From NCBI RefSeq assembly GCF_009914755.1, contig NC_060935.1: a DNA stretch of 64,000 nucleotides, one strand, 5' to 3'. Positions 1 to 13,100 of this stretch are shown piece by piece (positions within the stretch are counted from its first letter, which is position 1; each line of letters begins with the position of its first letter). The stretch is from the human T2T-CHM13v2.0 reference genome, Homo sapiens. The position numbers were made by a program, and so were the translations under genes. Under the pieces are notes generated by a model that was given only the letters and a program-made list of their open reading frames with translations, did no database searches and was not told the origin of the DNA.

Positions 1-515
1 AGCAGATCATGTGAGCCAAGGGCAGGCTTGGAAAAGCATAATGCTGCTTCCCCCTGAGCACATGCCATCATAGGTGCACAGTAAAACTTCTAGATGAATA
101 AATGCTGGGCTAGCAGAGTGACGGCCATAACACGGAGCTGCTCCCACCAAGACGGTGTCAGCCATGGGAGGACTGTTAGCCAGTTAAGCCGTGATTTTAA
201 GCTGGAGTAACAGTTGAAGAGAGTGCAGAAATGGTCTGAATACCTAGCAAGTGGATATACTCAGACAAGCCGGATGGGTCTTCCAAGAATTGGAGCCAGA
301 GAGAGACTACCAGAGAAGCGAAAATTCACCCCAAAGTCAGAGCAAAATGGCTGAGAGCCAAGAAAGAAATCAGGGGGCGGTGTTTAGTGAGCAGTTGTGG
401 GTAGAACTGATTGCTCCCTGAGCTACCGTTCAGATTAGCACCAGCCCTGCTGTTCCACTTGTCTCGCTGTGCAGTTCATATCTCTTCCATTTTGTATGCA
501 CTTATTCCCAGCATC

Positions 516-581
516 CAGAGCTGCACCTGCCACCCTCCACGAATGCAATGTTCACAAGTGAAGTAGTGGGAGGTGGCTGGT
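516..581 (-). ncRNA. MIR4301: MIR4301 annotated hairpin (mature UCCCACUACUUCACUUGUGA = reverse complement of 552-571)
   Basis: Plus strand 552-571 TCACAAGTGAAGTAGTGGGA matches the recalled miR-4301 sequence. Inverted arms at 529-540 and 566-577. Intronic to DRD2 on the same strand. Confidence 0.85.
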
Positions 582-849
582 AAACTGGAGAGAATGGGAT
601 CCTTAGTCTATTGTTGCCATTTGAGAATGGAAACAATATTTCAAAAGAAGACAGAAATTGGAACTTTTATTTGAAATCTCCCTATCATGAAATCCCGGCA
701 ACTAACTCATCACACTAGCTGAGCCAAAGCACTTCCAGCTTGCATCCTCTACTCACACCATCTAAAACACCAATGCCAAACAAGCAACCAGAGCTAACAA
801 CATTGTTGTGCTTTTTGAAGGCCTCGAAACAGCCCTCTGACCAAGCAGG

Positions 850-975
850 GCAGGGTTATTACTCCCTCTTTAGGAGTTGAAGAAGCTGGCCCAGAGAGGC
901 TTCTCTATTTGCACAAGATTACTCAGCTAGTTAGTAGCAAAGGCAGGATCAGAACTCACATCTCAACATTCTGCC
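850..975 (-). mobile_element. MIR fragment
   Basis: Resembles the MIR core in reverse (CCCAGAGAGG...ACTCAGCTAGTTAGTAGCAAAGGCAGGAT). Confidence 0.6.
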
Positions 976-1189
976 TCAAAGCCTCCTCTCCCAAACCCCA
1001 CCTTGTCTCCACAGCCTAATGGACAGCAGAGCCAAAGCAGTTAATAAAATAGTCTGAGACCAACAGTGTTGGCTAGGTGATCATGGTATCCTTAGCAGAG
1101 AAATAGATAGGCAGTCTACTACATTCTCACTCAATCTCTTTAAGTAGAAGAGTTCTATATCAAGTGATCAGAAGTCTAACTTTCTTCAC

Positions 1190-1640
1190 CAAAACAGAGA
1201 GTTATGGCCCCTGATTAATTCCCAGATTTGAGCCAATTGACAGATGCAGAACCCGTAAATGAAGGAGAGATTTGGTCCTCTTGAGGAAGACCCCTGCCAA
1301 AAATTTACATTGTTAATATTTCTCCCAGCTTTCTCCAAACGGACCACTCCTTACCAGGGTAACTATGCATTGGGAAAATAAAATAGACTTTTGGAGGATT
1401 ACTAGATTAGGTGAGGGCTCTGACCAGGCTCTAATGACACTAATTCCTGGAGACCCAAAACATCACTGTAGCCCCCAGTCAAAGGTGGGACTTCTGGAGG
1501 TCAGGCAATCAATGGAGATTTAGCTCAGTTCCTTCTCACAGTGGGTCCAGTGGGTCTGTGAACCCATCCTGTAGTTACCTCTCTGGTTCCAGAACACATA
1601 ATTGGAATAGGCATATTCAGCAACTTGCAGAATCGCCACT
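1190..1640 (+). mobile_element. ERV-L (HERVL/ERVL-E-like) internal fragment, decayed gag-protease region
   Basis: Translates to TLIPGDPKHHC (from 1437) and LTVGPVGL*THPVVTSLVPEHIIGIGIFSNLQN, typical of the ERV-L protease. Frameshifts and a stop codon are present. Confidence 0.8.
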
Positions 1641-1975
1641 GCACAGGACTGGCTAGATTCTTTTAAGCTGTTAAGAATATGTATCCAAAACTTGTTAATA
1701 AGGCAGCAAGCCCACCTCAGGCTTTGATTCTCCAGGAGAATCTGTTTTGTTTGTTTACTATTTACCATCCACAAAGGGCCTAAACCTATGAGATAGATGC
1801 TAACAGTTAGAAAAGATGGTAACATGTGAGTGATTTCCATCCAGTAGAGAAGATTGTCCAAAGCCTTATGATTTTGTTGCCCTGTGAGACATTAAGTTTT
1901 GCATCTAATTTAGCAATCTTATTCCAGATTTCTTCCACGTATATATGTATATATATAATTTTTCCTGTATCCTCT

Positions 1976-2262
1976 TTTATTTATTATTTATTTATTTATT
2001 TTGAGATGGAATCTTGCTCTGTCACCCAGGCTGGAGTGCAGTGGCACAATCTTGGCTCACTGCTACCTCTGCTTCCGGGTTCAAGTGATTCTCCTGCCTC
2101 AGCCTCCCAAGTAACTGGGATTACAGGCACCTGCTACCACGCCCGGCTAATTTTGTATTTTTAGTAGAGATGGGGTTTTACCATGTCGGCCAGGCTGGTC
2201 TCAAACTCCTGACCTTAAGTGATCCACTGGCCTCAGCCTCCCAAAGTGCTGGGATTATAGGC
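1976..2262 (-). mobile_element. Alu (S-type), slightly 5'-truncated
   Basis: Alu consensus in reverse. TSD CCTGTATCCTCT at 1964-1975 and 2262-2273. Confidence 0.95.
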
Positions 2263-2918
2263 CTGTATCCTCTCTTAAACCCAGCTTTGTCATTCTGCTA
2301 GTTGTCTCATTCATGAGTTAAATGAATCTTTGACATGTAATTGTTTGAGAAACAGATTTTTAATCTTTTGAAAAATATTACTTTAACAGTGTACATGACT
2401 CAAAAAAATAAACATTCACAGGAAAATTCCATAGCTGGGATGGATTAGGAAGCTGAGTGAGCTCCATTGTCCCATTTCTTCTCCCCTCCTCTGGCCCCCT
2501 CCAGCCCAACACATTCAACTCACACCCCAGCCTGCCTGCCAGCAGCCCAAGAGGCCTGCAGGAAAGCCTGCACGCTTCTTCTTTTAATGGGGATCTGTGC
2601 GTCAAGTTCGGCCGTTGTGGTTGTAGTACTTACTGCTTGCAAAGTAAGAGGTGGCTGACCCCAAATCATATTGGGACACAGGCATGTTTCAGGTAATTGA
2701 GAGCATGACAACCTCTCCAGGAGTCAGATAAAAGCCAGGAGAAAGGGCAATGTTGTCTGACAGCCAAGGGGCCGGTGGATCCTTTATGTAAATAACTTGA
2801 AAAATAAATACACAAGAAAAGCAGCAACTGTGAAGCTGTGGTTTCCAGAAGATGGGGAAAGCTTGTCTGAAGTTTAGCCCTTGCTTTCCATGTTGAGGAG
2901 CAAGGGCTAGGGCCACTG

Positions 2919-2925
2919 GTGTGCA

Positions 2926-2973
<48 letters not shown>

Positions 2974-2986
2974 CGCGCGCGCACAT
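2919..2986. repeat. Compound (GT)n(GC)n microsatellite
   Basis: GT repeat 2929-2964 directly followed by (GC)9 at 2965-2982. Confidence 0.97.
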
Positions 2987-3094
2987 TGGGGGACAGGAAA
3001 TGAGACACTGCTGATTCAGATCCACCCTCACCTCCCCAGGGTCCTACTCAAACCACACATCTTCTGGAATTCTTCCCTGACCACTGACCACTGA

Positions 3095-3446
<352 letters not shown>

Positions 3447-3514
3447 ACTATCCCTTTTTGCCTATAGTACTTCACACCATACTTTACTTTATGCTCTTTA
3501 TTTTATTAGGAGTT

Positions 3515-3920
3515 AGCAGGCCTGTATTTTAGTCCTGGGGTTCTGCATCTTGTTAGCTGAGTGACTTTGGGCAAGTTACTTAATCTCCATCTCCCTCTCT
3601 AAGGCACAGTTTTATCACCTATCAAATGAGTACGTAAGAAAGTTTCCTACTTTCTCTACTCCATGGGGCAGTAAACATCAAGTCCTAGGTTCACATCCTG
3701 GCTCCATGCATACAATATCAACAACAAAAAATACTGAAAAACCCACTTAACTGCTGCTGCTCATTTTATTCATCTAGGAAGTGGGGGTGATGATAACAGT
3801 ATCTACCCCATTGGGGTAGTTGTACAGATTGAGTTGTTGTAAATTTTCAATGAGATAATGTATGTTGAGTGAGGATACTGATGCCTGGTATACCATACGC
3901 ACTCAGTCCGTGTTAACTAT
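3515..3920 (+). mobile_element. Two adjacent MIR fragments
   Basis: GCTGAGTGACTTTGGGCAAGTTACTTAATCTC and GGGGGTGATGATAACAGTATCTACC...AATGAGATAATGTATG match the MIR core. Confidence 0.65.
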
Positions 3921-4760
3921 TTTAACTGAGAAAGCTTTGAAGTAGTAAGATGCCTATCAAATGAGAAGTTTTAGAATTACGATTGCCTGTTTTCTTGTAT
4001 TCTTCTCTGTCTTGGATTTGTTAGTTATGCCTTCTTAGGTAGATTTCAAGTTCGTAAAATAATTCGACAACTATTTATTGAATACTTTAGAAATGCTAAG
4101 CAATGTAGATAACAAAATAAGCAAGATAGAGTCATTATCTTCCAGGAGACCACAGTGCAGGGAGAGAAACAAGTCCACAGATGATTAACACGTTCCATGA
4201 CGGAGATGCCGGCACACGGAAGGGGTTGTCCCCCCAGGCTGGACTCTCTAAAGACAGGGCTGGGTCACATGATTTTTTAAAAGTCCCCTCCTTATTCCTC
4301 TGCACCTTTTACTCTACTCCTAGGACAGAGCTTTGTATGTGATAGAAGGTCAATGTATATTAGTCAAATAAATGTGTAGAATTGAGCAATCATTCTTATT
4401 ATCTAGGTTACCCAGAGTCCTTTTGATGGGGGGCTGGGGGGAGGATGGAACTAATATTAGGAAGGAAACTAGTATTAACAGAGAACCTGGCACATCCCAA
4501 ATACTGGGAAAGACATTTTATATATGGACAGTGGTGTGCTGGGGCTGGTGGGTGGCTCACTCTTCCTCACTCTACATTTAAAGAAGGCAGGTTGGTGGCT
4601 TCAAATCAGCTACAGTTTGAGTCTTTACACAATAAAATCATTAAATGCTTCAAATTAGAGCATTATTATTTTTGGAGAGCTAGTTGTTAAAATATTTACC
4701 AGCGGACACTATATGGTCCTCTTGCAATAATCTAGTTACAGGTGAAGGAATTAGGATTCA

Positions 4761-4884
4761 CGCTTGAACCTGGGAGGTGGAGATTTCAGTGAGCTGAGGT
4801 CACCCCACTGCACTCCAGCCTGGGCAATAGAGTGAGACTCCGTCATGGAAAAATAATAATTATTATATATATACATATATATAT
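4761..4884 (+). mobile_element. Heavily 5'-truncated Alu (right-arm 3' part) inserted into a MIR
   Basis: Alu 3' sequence plus an AT-rich tail. Perfect 13-bp TSD GAATTAGGATTCA at 4748-4760 and 4885-4897. MIR sequence on both sides. Confidence 0.9.
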
Positions 4885-5149
4885 GAATTAGGATTCAGAG
4901 AGGTTGAGTAATTTGCTCCAGGTCACACAGATCATAGAAGGCAGACTTGGGACTTAAACTCATCTGATTCCAAAGCCCTGGCTTTTCCCTCTGTAACTTG
5001 TGACCCACCCATCCCCCTTGTGTCCCAGTGGGCTTGATCAGGAACAGATTAGTGCATTGTCTGTACTTCGTCCTGGCTGAAGGGCAGAACAGAAAAGCTT
5101 CACTCTCTACTCAGTCTCCTTGTAAAAGTCAGAGCTCCCTGGACCAGGC

Positions 5150-7425
<2,276 letters not shown>

Positions 7426-10069
7426 TGTGATCCCCAATGGAATTCACATGCACACATCCGACCTGCAGCAAAAAGGAATGAATGGACCCCTGGGCTCACC
7501 GTGGGCCTCCATGTGCAGCATTTGAGAGGCAGCCACCACCATAGGAGCCACCAGGCTGGGAGACTGACACCAGGAGACCCAAGCAGCTCCGGAGGCAATG
7601 GGAGAGACAGATGACAGTACGTAGGTAGCGGCCGGGAAGACAGACCTGCATTTGAATCCTGACTGTGCCGCTTCCCTAGAGGAGTCACTCAACCTCTGTG
7701 AGGTGCAGTGGCCACATCAGATGGTCTCTCTCCCTCCAGTGGGTCTGGGTAGTTAAAGAACATATGCCTAGTACAGATGTCACTTTACTCAGTAAATATC
7801 CACTCATCCAATTACAGAAAGCTACAAGTAAATAACAAGAAGGGGAGATCTCAGCAATACAAAGCGACCCTGTTCTCTTGTTCAGTGCTGCTTTGTGGAC
7901 TGTACAGTTCTATTTCTGGGCAGGGCCCTCAAGGATGAATCTACAAAGTTTATAGTACTTCTGCTTCCACCGAGTTGAAAGAGTGCAATAGAACCGGCCT
8001 CACTGGCTTCAAGGTCTCCTGCCACCCCTTGCCCCAGGAACTGAGCTCCAGAATCCCCTCTCCATTACCACCCCCCCGACCCCCCACTATTTACATGTAA
8101 ATGAAAAACGAAGAAAGGGGAGCCTGGGACCCTGTTGACTATGAATGAAAATTTGTCTAAGTTCTCCACCTTCTGCGAGAGCTGCCCCTGAGCTCTGTCC
8201 GCACAGCAAAATCCAGACCTCTGAAGTATCTAATTTGGAAATTATGGGCTGTCCGAGTGGCAGCTCTCCAAGCTGTTAGCTTGATGCTTGTCCTGGTCCC
8301 TCTGCAGGTAGCAGTTGCAATCAGCGATAGGCTCTGCCACCTTAGCCCTGCTCATTAGAGCCAGGGCCAATTATGTCCCAGCCCTGGAAGCTGAACCTAA
8401 CAGCAGCCTCTTGTTCCAAGGGCTGTTCCCCAGTGGGTGGGACACAGCAGGCCACCAGCAGCCTGGGCTGGGGAGGGGCATGGAAGATCTGTGCCCTCCT
8501 GGGTGGTAGGGAAGCCAGACTGTTGAAAAGGAATTCAAAGGACAGAACAAGACTTTCTTAGCTCCCCTTGGGCTCCCAGCTAGCTGGTGACACAGCCGAG
8601 ACCTGCAATTAGAAAAACAACTGCCTGAGGCAACAGCTCTGCTGGTTAAATGGTGCCTAACCTGGGTATTTAGCAATTTTTATATATAAACACACACATC
8701 CCTGTAACACACAGTGTATGGGCTTTTGTTTTTAAATTTTAAAATGATTTTCTGCCCTCACCTTTTGATAAATGCTGTTATCAGTAATTTCCTCATTTCG
8801 TGCTTTGATTTCCTTTTTTATTGCATATGTAATCTCTGACCCACATGGGTGATATGGGATGCCAGGTGTGGGCCTACAAATATCACCAGAAAAAAAAAAT
8901 GAGAGAAAAGGTTGTGTTTACTCTTTCTGAAAACACAGCCCTCTATGGTTTCTGTTGGAGAGGCCACAGGATCACCCTGGCACTGGCATGTGGATATACT
9001 CCTTCCTTCAAATGCATCAGCTAAGATTAAAGCACTAATTTATTTGAAAGGCTATGTACCAGTTTTGATCTGGGGGAAAAAATGCTGGTCCACCACAACT
9101 TATGCTGTGTGTATATCATCACAAACAAGCTTTGATTATTGTGTGTGTGTGCATGTGTGTGTGTGTACACATTTGCATATAAATTAGGATTTATTGAATG
9201 CCCACTATTTTGGCACTGTGGACTATACTTCTATATTTAAAAGCAGTCTCCAACTTACCCAAGTTCTAAAATTTTGGAATATATTCATTCCTTTATTTGT
9301 ACATCCTCTTTACAAATGTTCAGGGTCTACTATGCACTAAACACCAAGGGCAAGATCTTATGTGAGGTCATTATCGACCTCACATGCTGGGGGCAGCGAT
9401 GGGGCAGGGGGAAATAAGAGGCAAGCCATCACATATGTTGTGATATATATCATAATGAAAGTGAAGAAGATAAACCTAGCATATGTAGAAAATATGATCT
9501 GGGGCAGCATGGAAATATTGTATCAGACAGATCTAGGCTCAAATAACAGCTTCAGTTCTCACCACCTGTGTGGCCTTGATTAACACTTTACTTTCTATCT
9601 CTGAGTCTCCGTTTCCTCCTCTGTAAAATGGGAGTAATAATTTCTATCTTTTATGGCTGTCACAGAGATTAAAGCTGATGCATATAAGGAAGATAATATA
9701 GTCAGTATTTGAAAGTGGTAGATATTATTCACTTGGATAAATTGAATGTACTGTGGGCAAGAAAGCATCTGCTTGAAAAATGAACACCTTAATAGAATAT
9801 GTGTTTTAAAGCAAGGTTTGTCACCCCCAATGCAGCTCTGGATGGACAAAGGCAGAAAAGTGCGGGTGTTGTTGGTTATAGTCTGTAAGGGACTTCATCC
9901 AATCCAATACCATCATTTTAGAATAAAAAATCAGAGGACAAGAAAAGTTAACTATACCTAAGCTGCCAGTTAGATGACAGAACTGAGACTAGAACCTAAG
10001 ACTCCTAATTCTAGAGACCTCCATAAAGACCCATCTGAGTCCATTTTCCTTAGAAAGAAAGCCGAGCAG

Positions 10070-10415
10070 TGAGAACTAAAAAAGGTGGATCTCCTGGAGG
10101 CAGAGAATAGTAGTAGTTACCAGAGGCTGGGAAGGGGAGGGGGAGATGGAGAGAGGTTGGTTAATAGATACAAAAATTCAGTTAGATGGACAGAATAAGA
10201 TCTACCAATAATAGTATAGTACGGTGACTAATTAGCAATAACATATTGTATCATTAAAAATAGATAGAAGAGAAGATTGGAATATTCTCAACATAAAGGA
10301 AAGATAAATGTTTGAGGTGACAGATATCCCAGTTTCCCTCATTTGTTCATTACACAGTGCATGCACGTATCAAATTGTCACATGTACCTCCAAAATATGT
10401 ACAACTATTATGTGT
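10070..10415 (+). mobile_element. L1MA-like 3' UTR fragment
   Basis: GTTACCAGAGGCTGGGAAGG...AAAGATAAATGTTTGAGGTGA...AAATATGTACAACTATTATG are typical L1MA 3' end motifs. Confidence 0.8.
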
Positions 10416-12769
10416 GTACTGCTAATCAGCAAATTAGCAGATTGCCAAATCTTCAAAGAAACTGGGCAGTGGGCCCCAAGGAATAGTGCTGTGGGTCTGG
10501 GAAGAAAGAAATCTATGGGATTCCAGCTCTACTTTGCATTTCTTTGCTTTTTGTGTCCATTCTATTACATTTTCCTGGATCTCTGTGTCTGGCAGACAGA
10601 AACTCAGCGGCTATGATTAGAGGCACTATCAAATTGACTGTCTTCAGACAAGCTGCTCATTTCAACCATTATTCCAGTTCCCTCAGTGGGGCTGCTCCAG
10701 GGTCGAAGCTGCCAGTGGACCCTGCCCTCTCCTGGCTGGCATTGGTGCCCTGCCCTCCCCAGTCACCCCCAGCCCCAGCAGCACTTGTGTGCTGCCACAG
10801 GCTGATGGAACAGGGACTGGGCAGGACAGGGAGGGAGGACGTGGGGATACTCAGGTGGGCAGACTTTCCTGAGCCACAGAGAATCTGGGTTCTGCCTCAA
10901 GCTGGACTGGCTGTGATCTTGACCTAGGGAGACACTCGAGCTGCCAGCCTCCAAAAGCTTCCTGGGGTCAGAGGCTCCACCTGTTGCTTAAGAGCTCCCT
11001 GGCTCCTTTTCTAGACAGAAGAATGTTCAGAGGCACTGCCTGGGGGCCCTCTGCCCTGGCCCCTCCTTGCTGCCAGGCTTTGGGGCAGGCACCCTCCCTG
11101 GCCTGTGGGAGCTTGGCTGCTCAGAGGCACATGGACACTGCTGGCCACATGTGCCCCTGTCCCTGCCCTTTGCTCCTCTCCTCCCACCAGGATTATGGAC
11201 TCCTGTGGCTGTGACGTTACCGTGGAGACAGGGTGTGGGGAGATGCTGCAGAGGGCAGGGAGCTGCCCAGGGATGAAGACGAGATGAAAGCCAGAGAAAC
11301 TGGGAGGCTCCAGCATCCTGTGCACTCAGGGAGGTAGTGAAGGCCCAATGCCAAGTCCCAGGTGGAGCCTCCAAGGCCTCAAGTCCCAAAGCTGGCCTGA
11401 GAACAGCTCCTTGGAAATCCCCTGTACCTCCTTCTCTGATACCTTCCCTCACCTATCACAGTGAAGGAGTTAACTTTTTCTCCAGACTTACTCAAGTCAT
11501 TCAACAAGTAATTACTAAGCTATGGACCGGGTCATCAGAGACATCCAGATTGGAAAGCCCAAGAGGGCAGGCTCTGAAGGCTCAGACCTGCTGGGAGATA
11601 TTACAGACAGCACCAAATGTTGCCACCTGTGTGCTAAGACAGGCCTGTTGGAAGATGAATCTGCGAGGCCACAGGATCCTCATTTACAGGGGCCCAGAAC
11701 ACCTTGCTAGCACCATCAGCATCCCCTATGTCCTTACAGACTGGCCAGCTGGGCAAACTTAATGATGGGGCTCCCAGTTTCAGAGAGTGAGTCCCGCTAG
11801 TTTTGTCTAAGAGGTCCTTGATCTTCTTCTCTATGGAGAGTACAGGTCCCAGGCCTCCCATCCACCACCCCCAGCAAAGCTGAACTCAATGGCAGGAGTC
11901 AGGAAGCCCTCCTTACCCCTGCCTCCACCCCACACATCAGGGAGCAGCAGTAAAATGACTTCTGGAAACACACCCTGGGCACAGTCAAGCAGGGGTTGTT
12001 ACTATTATTACTATTACCTGGTGGAGATGAGGGATCCCCCAAGGCAGACTGGAGTATATAAGAGAAGAACATTGCTTTGTGTGAGGCATGGTGAGAGTTA
12101 AAGACTAGGATTTTAGTCCTGACTCTGCCCCCAAAAGATCCTGGGTAATTCACTTGGCCTACCGGAGTTCAGTGTGCTCATCTGTGAAATTAGAGCATTA
12201 GTCTGAGATCCTGGTGTATAGGAGGCATTTAATAAATGCTTGTAGAATGAACATTGAGTAAACAACTTCAAATCCCTGAGTTCCTTATGACTATATAAAG
12301 CACTTAATATGCACATCCAGCTGCCCTCACGGGGAGCAATTCCTGAGTTTCTTATGACTATAAAAGGCATTTAACATGCACGCCCAATCACCACCCTCAC
12401 AGGGCCTGTGCCCAAGTGCCCCAGAAATCCAGGTTCCCATGGGCCTTCCCTTGCTGGAACATTCAAGGGACCCCCTTCCTTCCCCTCTCTTCCTCCAAAC
12501 TCCCTTTACTTTCCCCCCTTACCAACCATTGTGCCAGCAGGTCAGTGAATCCTTTTTAATCCTGAACTCCCAGTTGTACTAATTGCTTTCTTTCTTGTCC
12601 TCATTTGCCTTCTAACTCAGGAGATGAGGCTTCAATTAGATAAGTGGGCAGCTATTCCCAAACAGGTGACTAGGAAGGAAAACAGTCCTACTCTGGAGGA
12701 AACAAAAGATGTCTATAAGGAACAGGAACCACCAAGGCAGGAAGCTCCCTTACAGGAGTAAAGAGTGTT

Positions 12770-13100
12770 CCCCTCCGACCCCCAAGCCCCCAACATCCAC
12801 CAATTCATGTCCACCCGGAAGCTCAGAAGGTGACCTCATTTGGAAGTGGTCTTTGCAGACATTATTAGTTAAGGATAAGATAGGTTCATTCTGGATTACA
12901 GTGGACCCTAAATCAACACCTGGTGTACCCTTATAAGAAGCAGAGAGGAGACAGAGAGCCATGGGGGAGAGACAATCATGTGAAGACAGAGGCAGAGATT
13001 GGGGTGATGCTGCCACATGCCAAGGAGCGCCAGGAGCCATGGGGAGCTGGAAGAGACAAGACAGTATCCTCCCCTGCAGGCTTTAGAGGAAGCATGGCCA
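12770..13100 (+). mobile_element. MaLR LTR (MLT1B/C-like), partial
   Basis: GTGACCTCATTTGGAA...GTCTTTGCAGA...CATGTGAAGACAGAGGCAGAGATTGGGGTGATGC...GCCAAGGA are MLT1 hallmarks. Confidence 0.85.
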
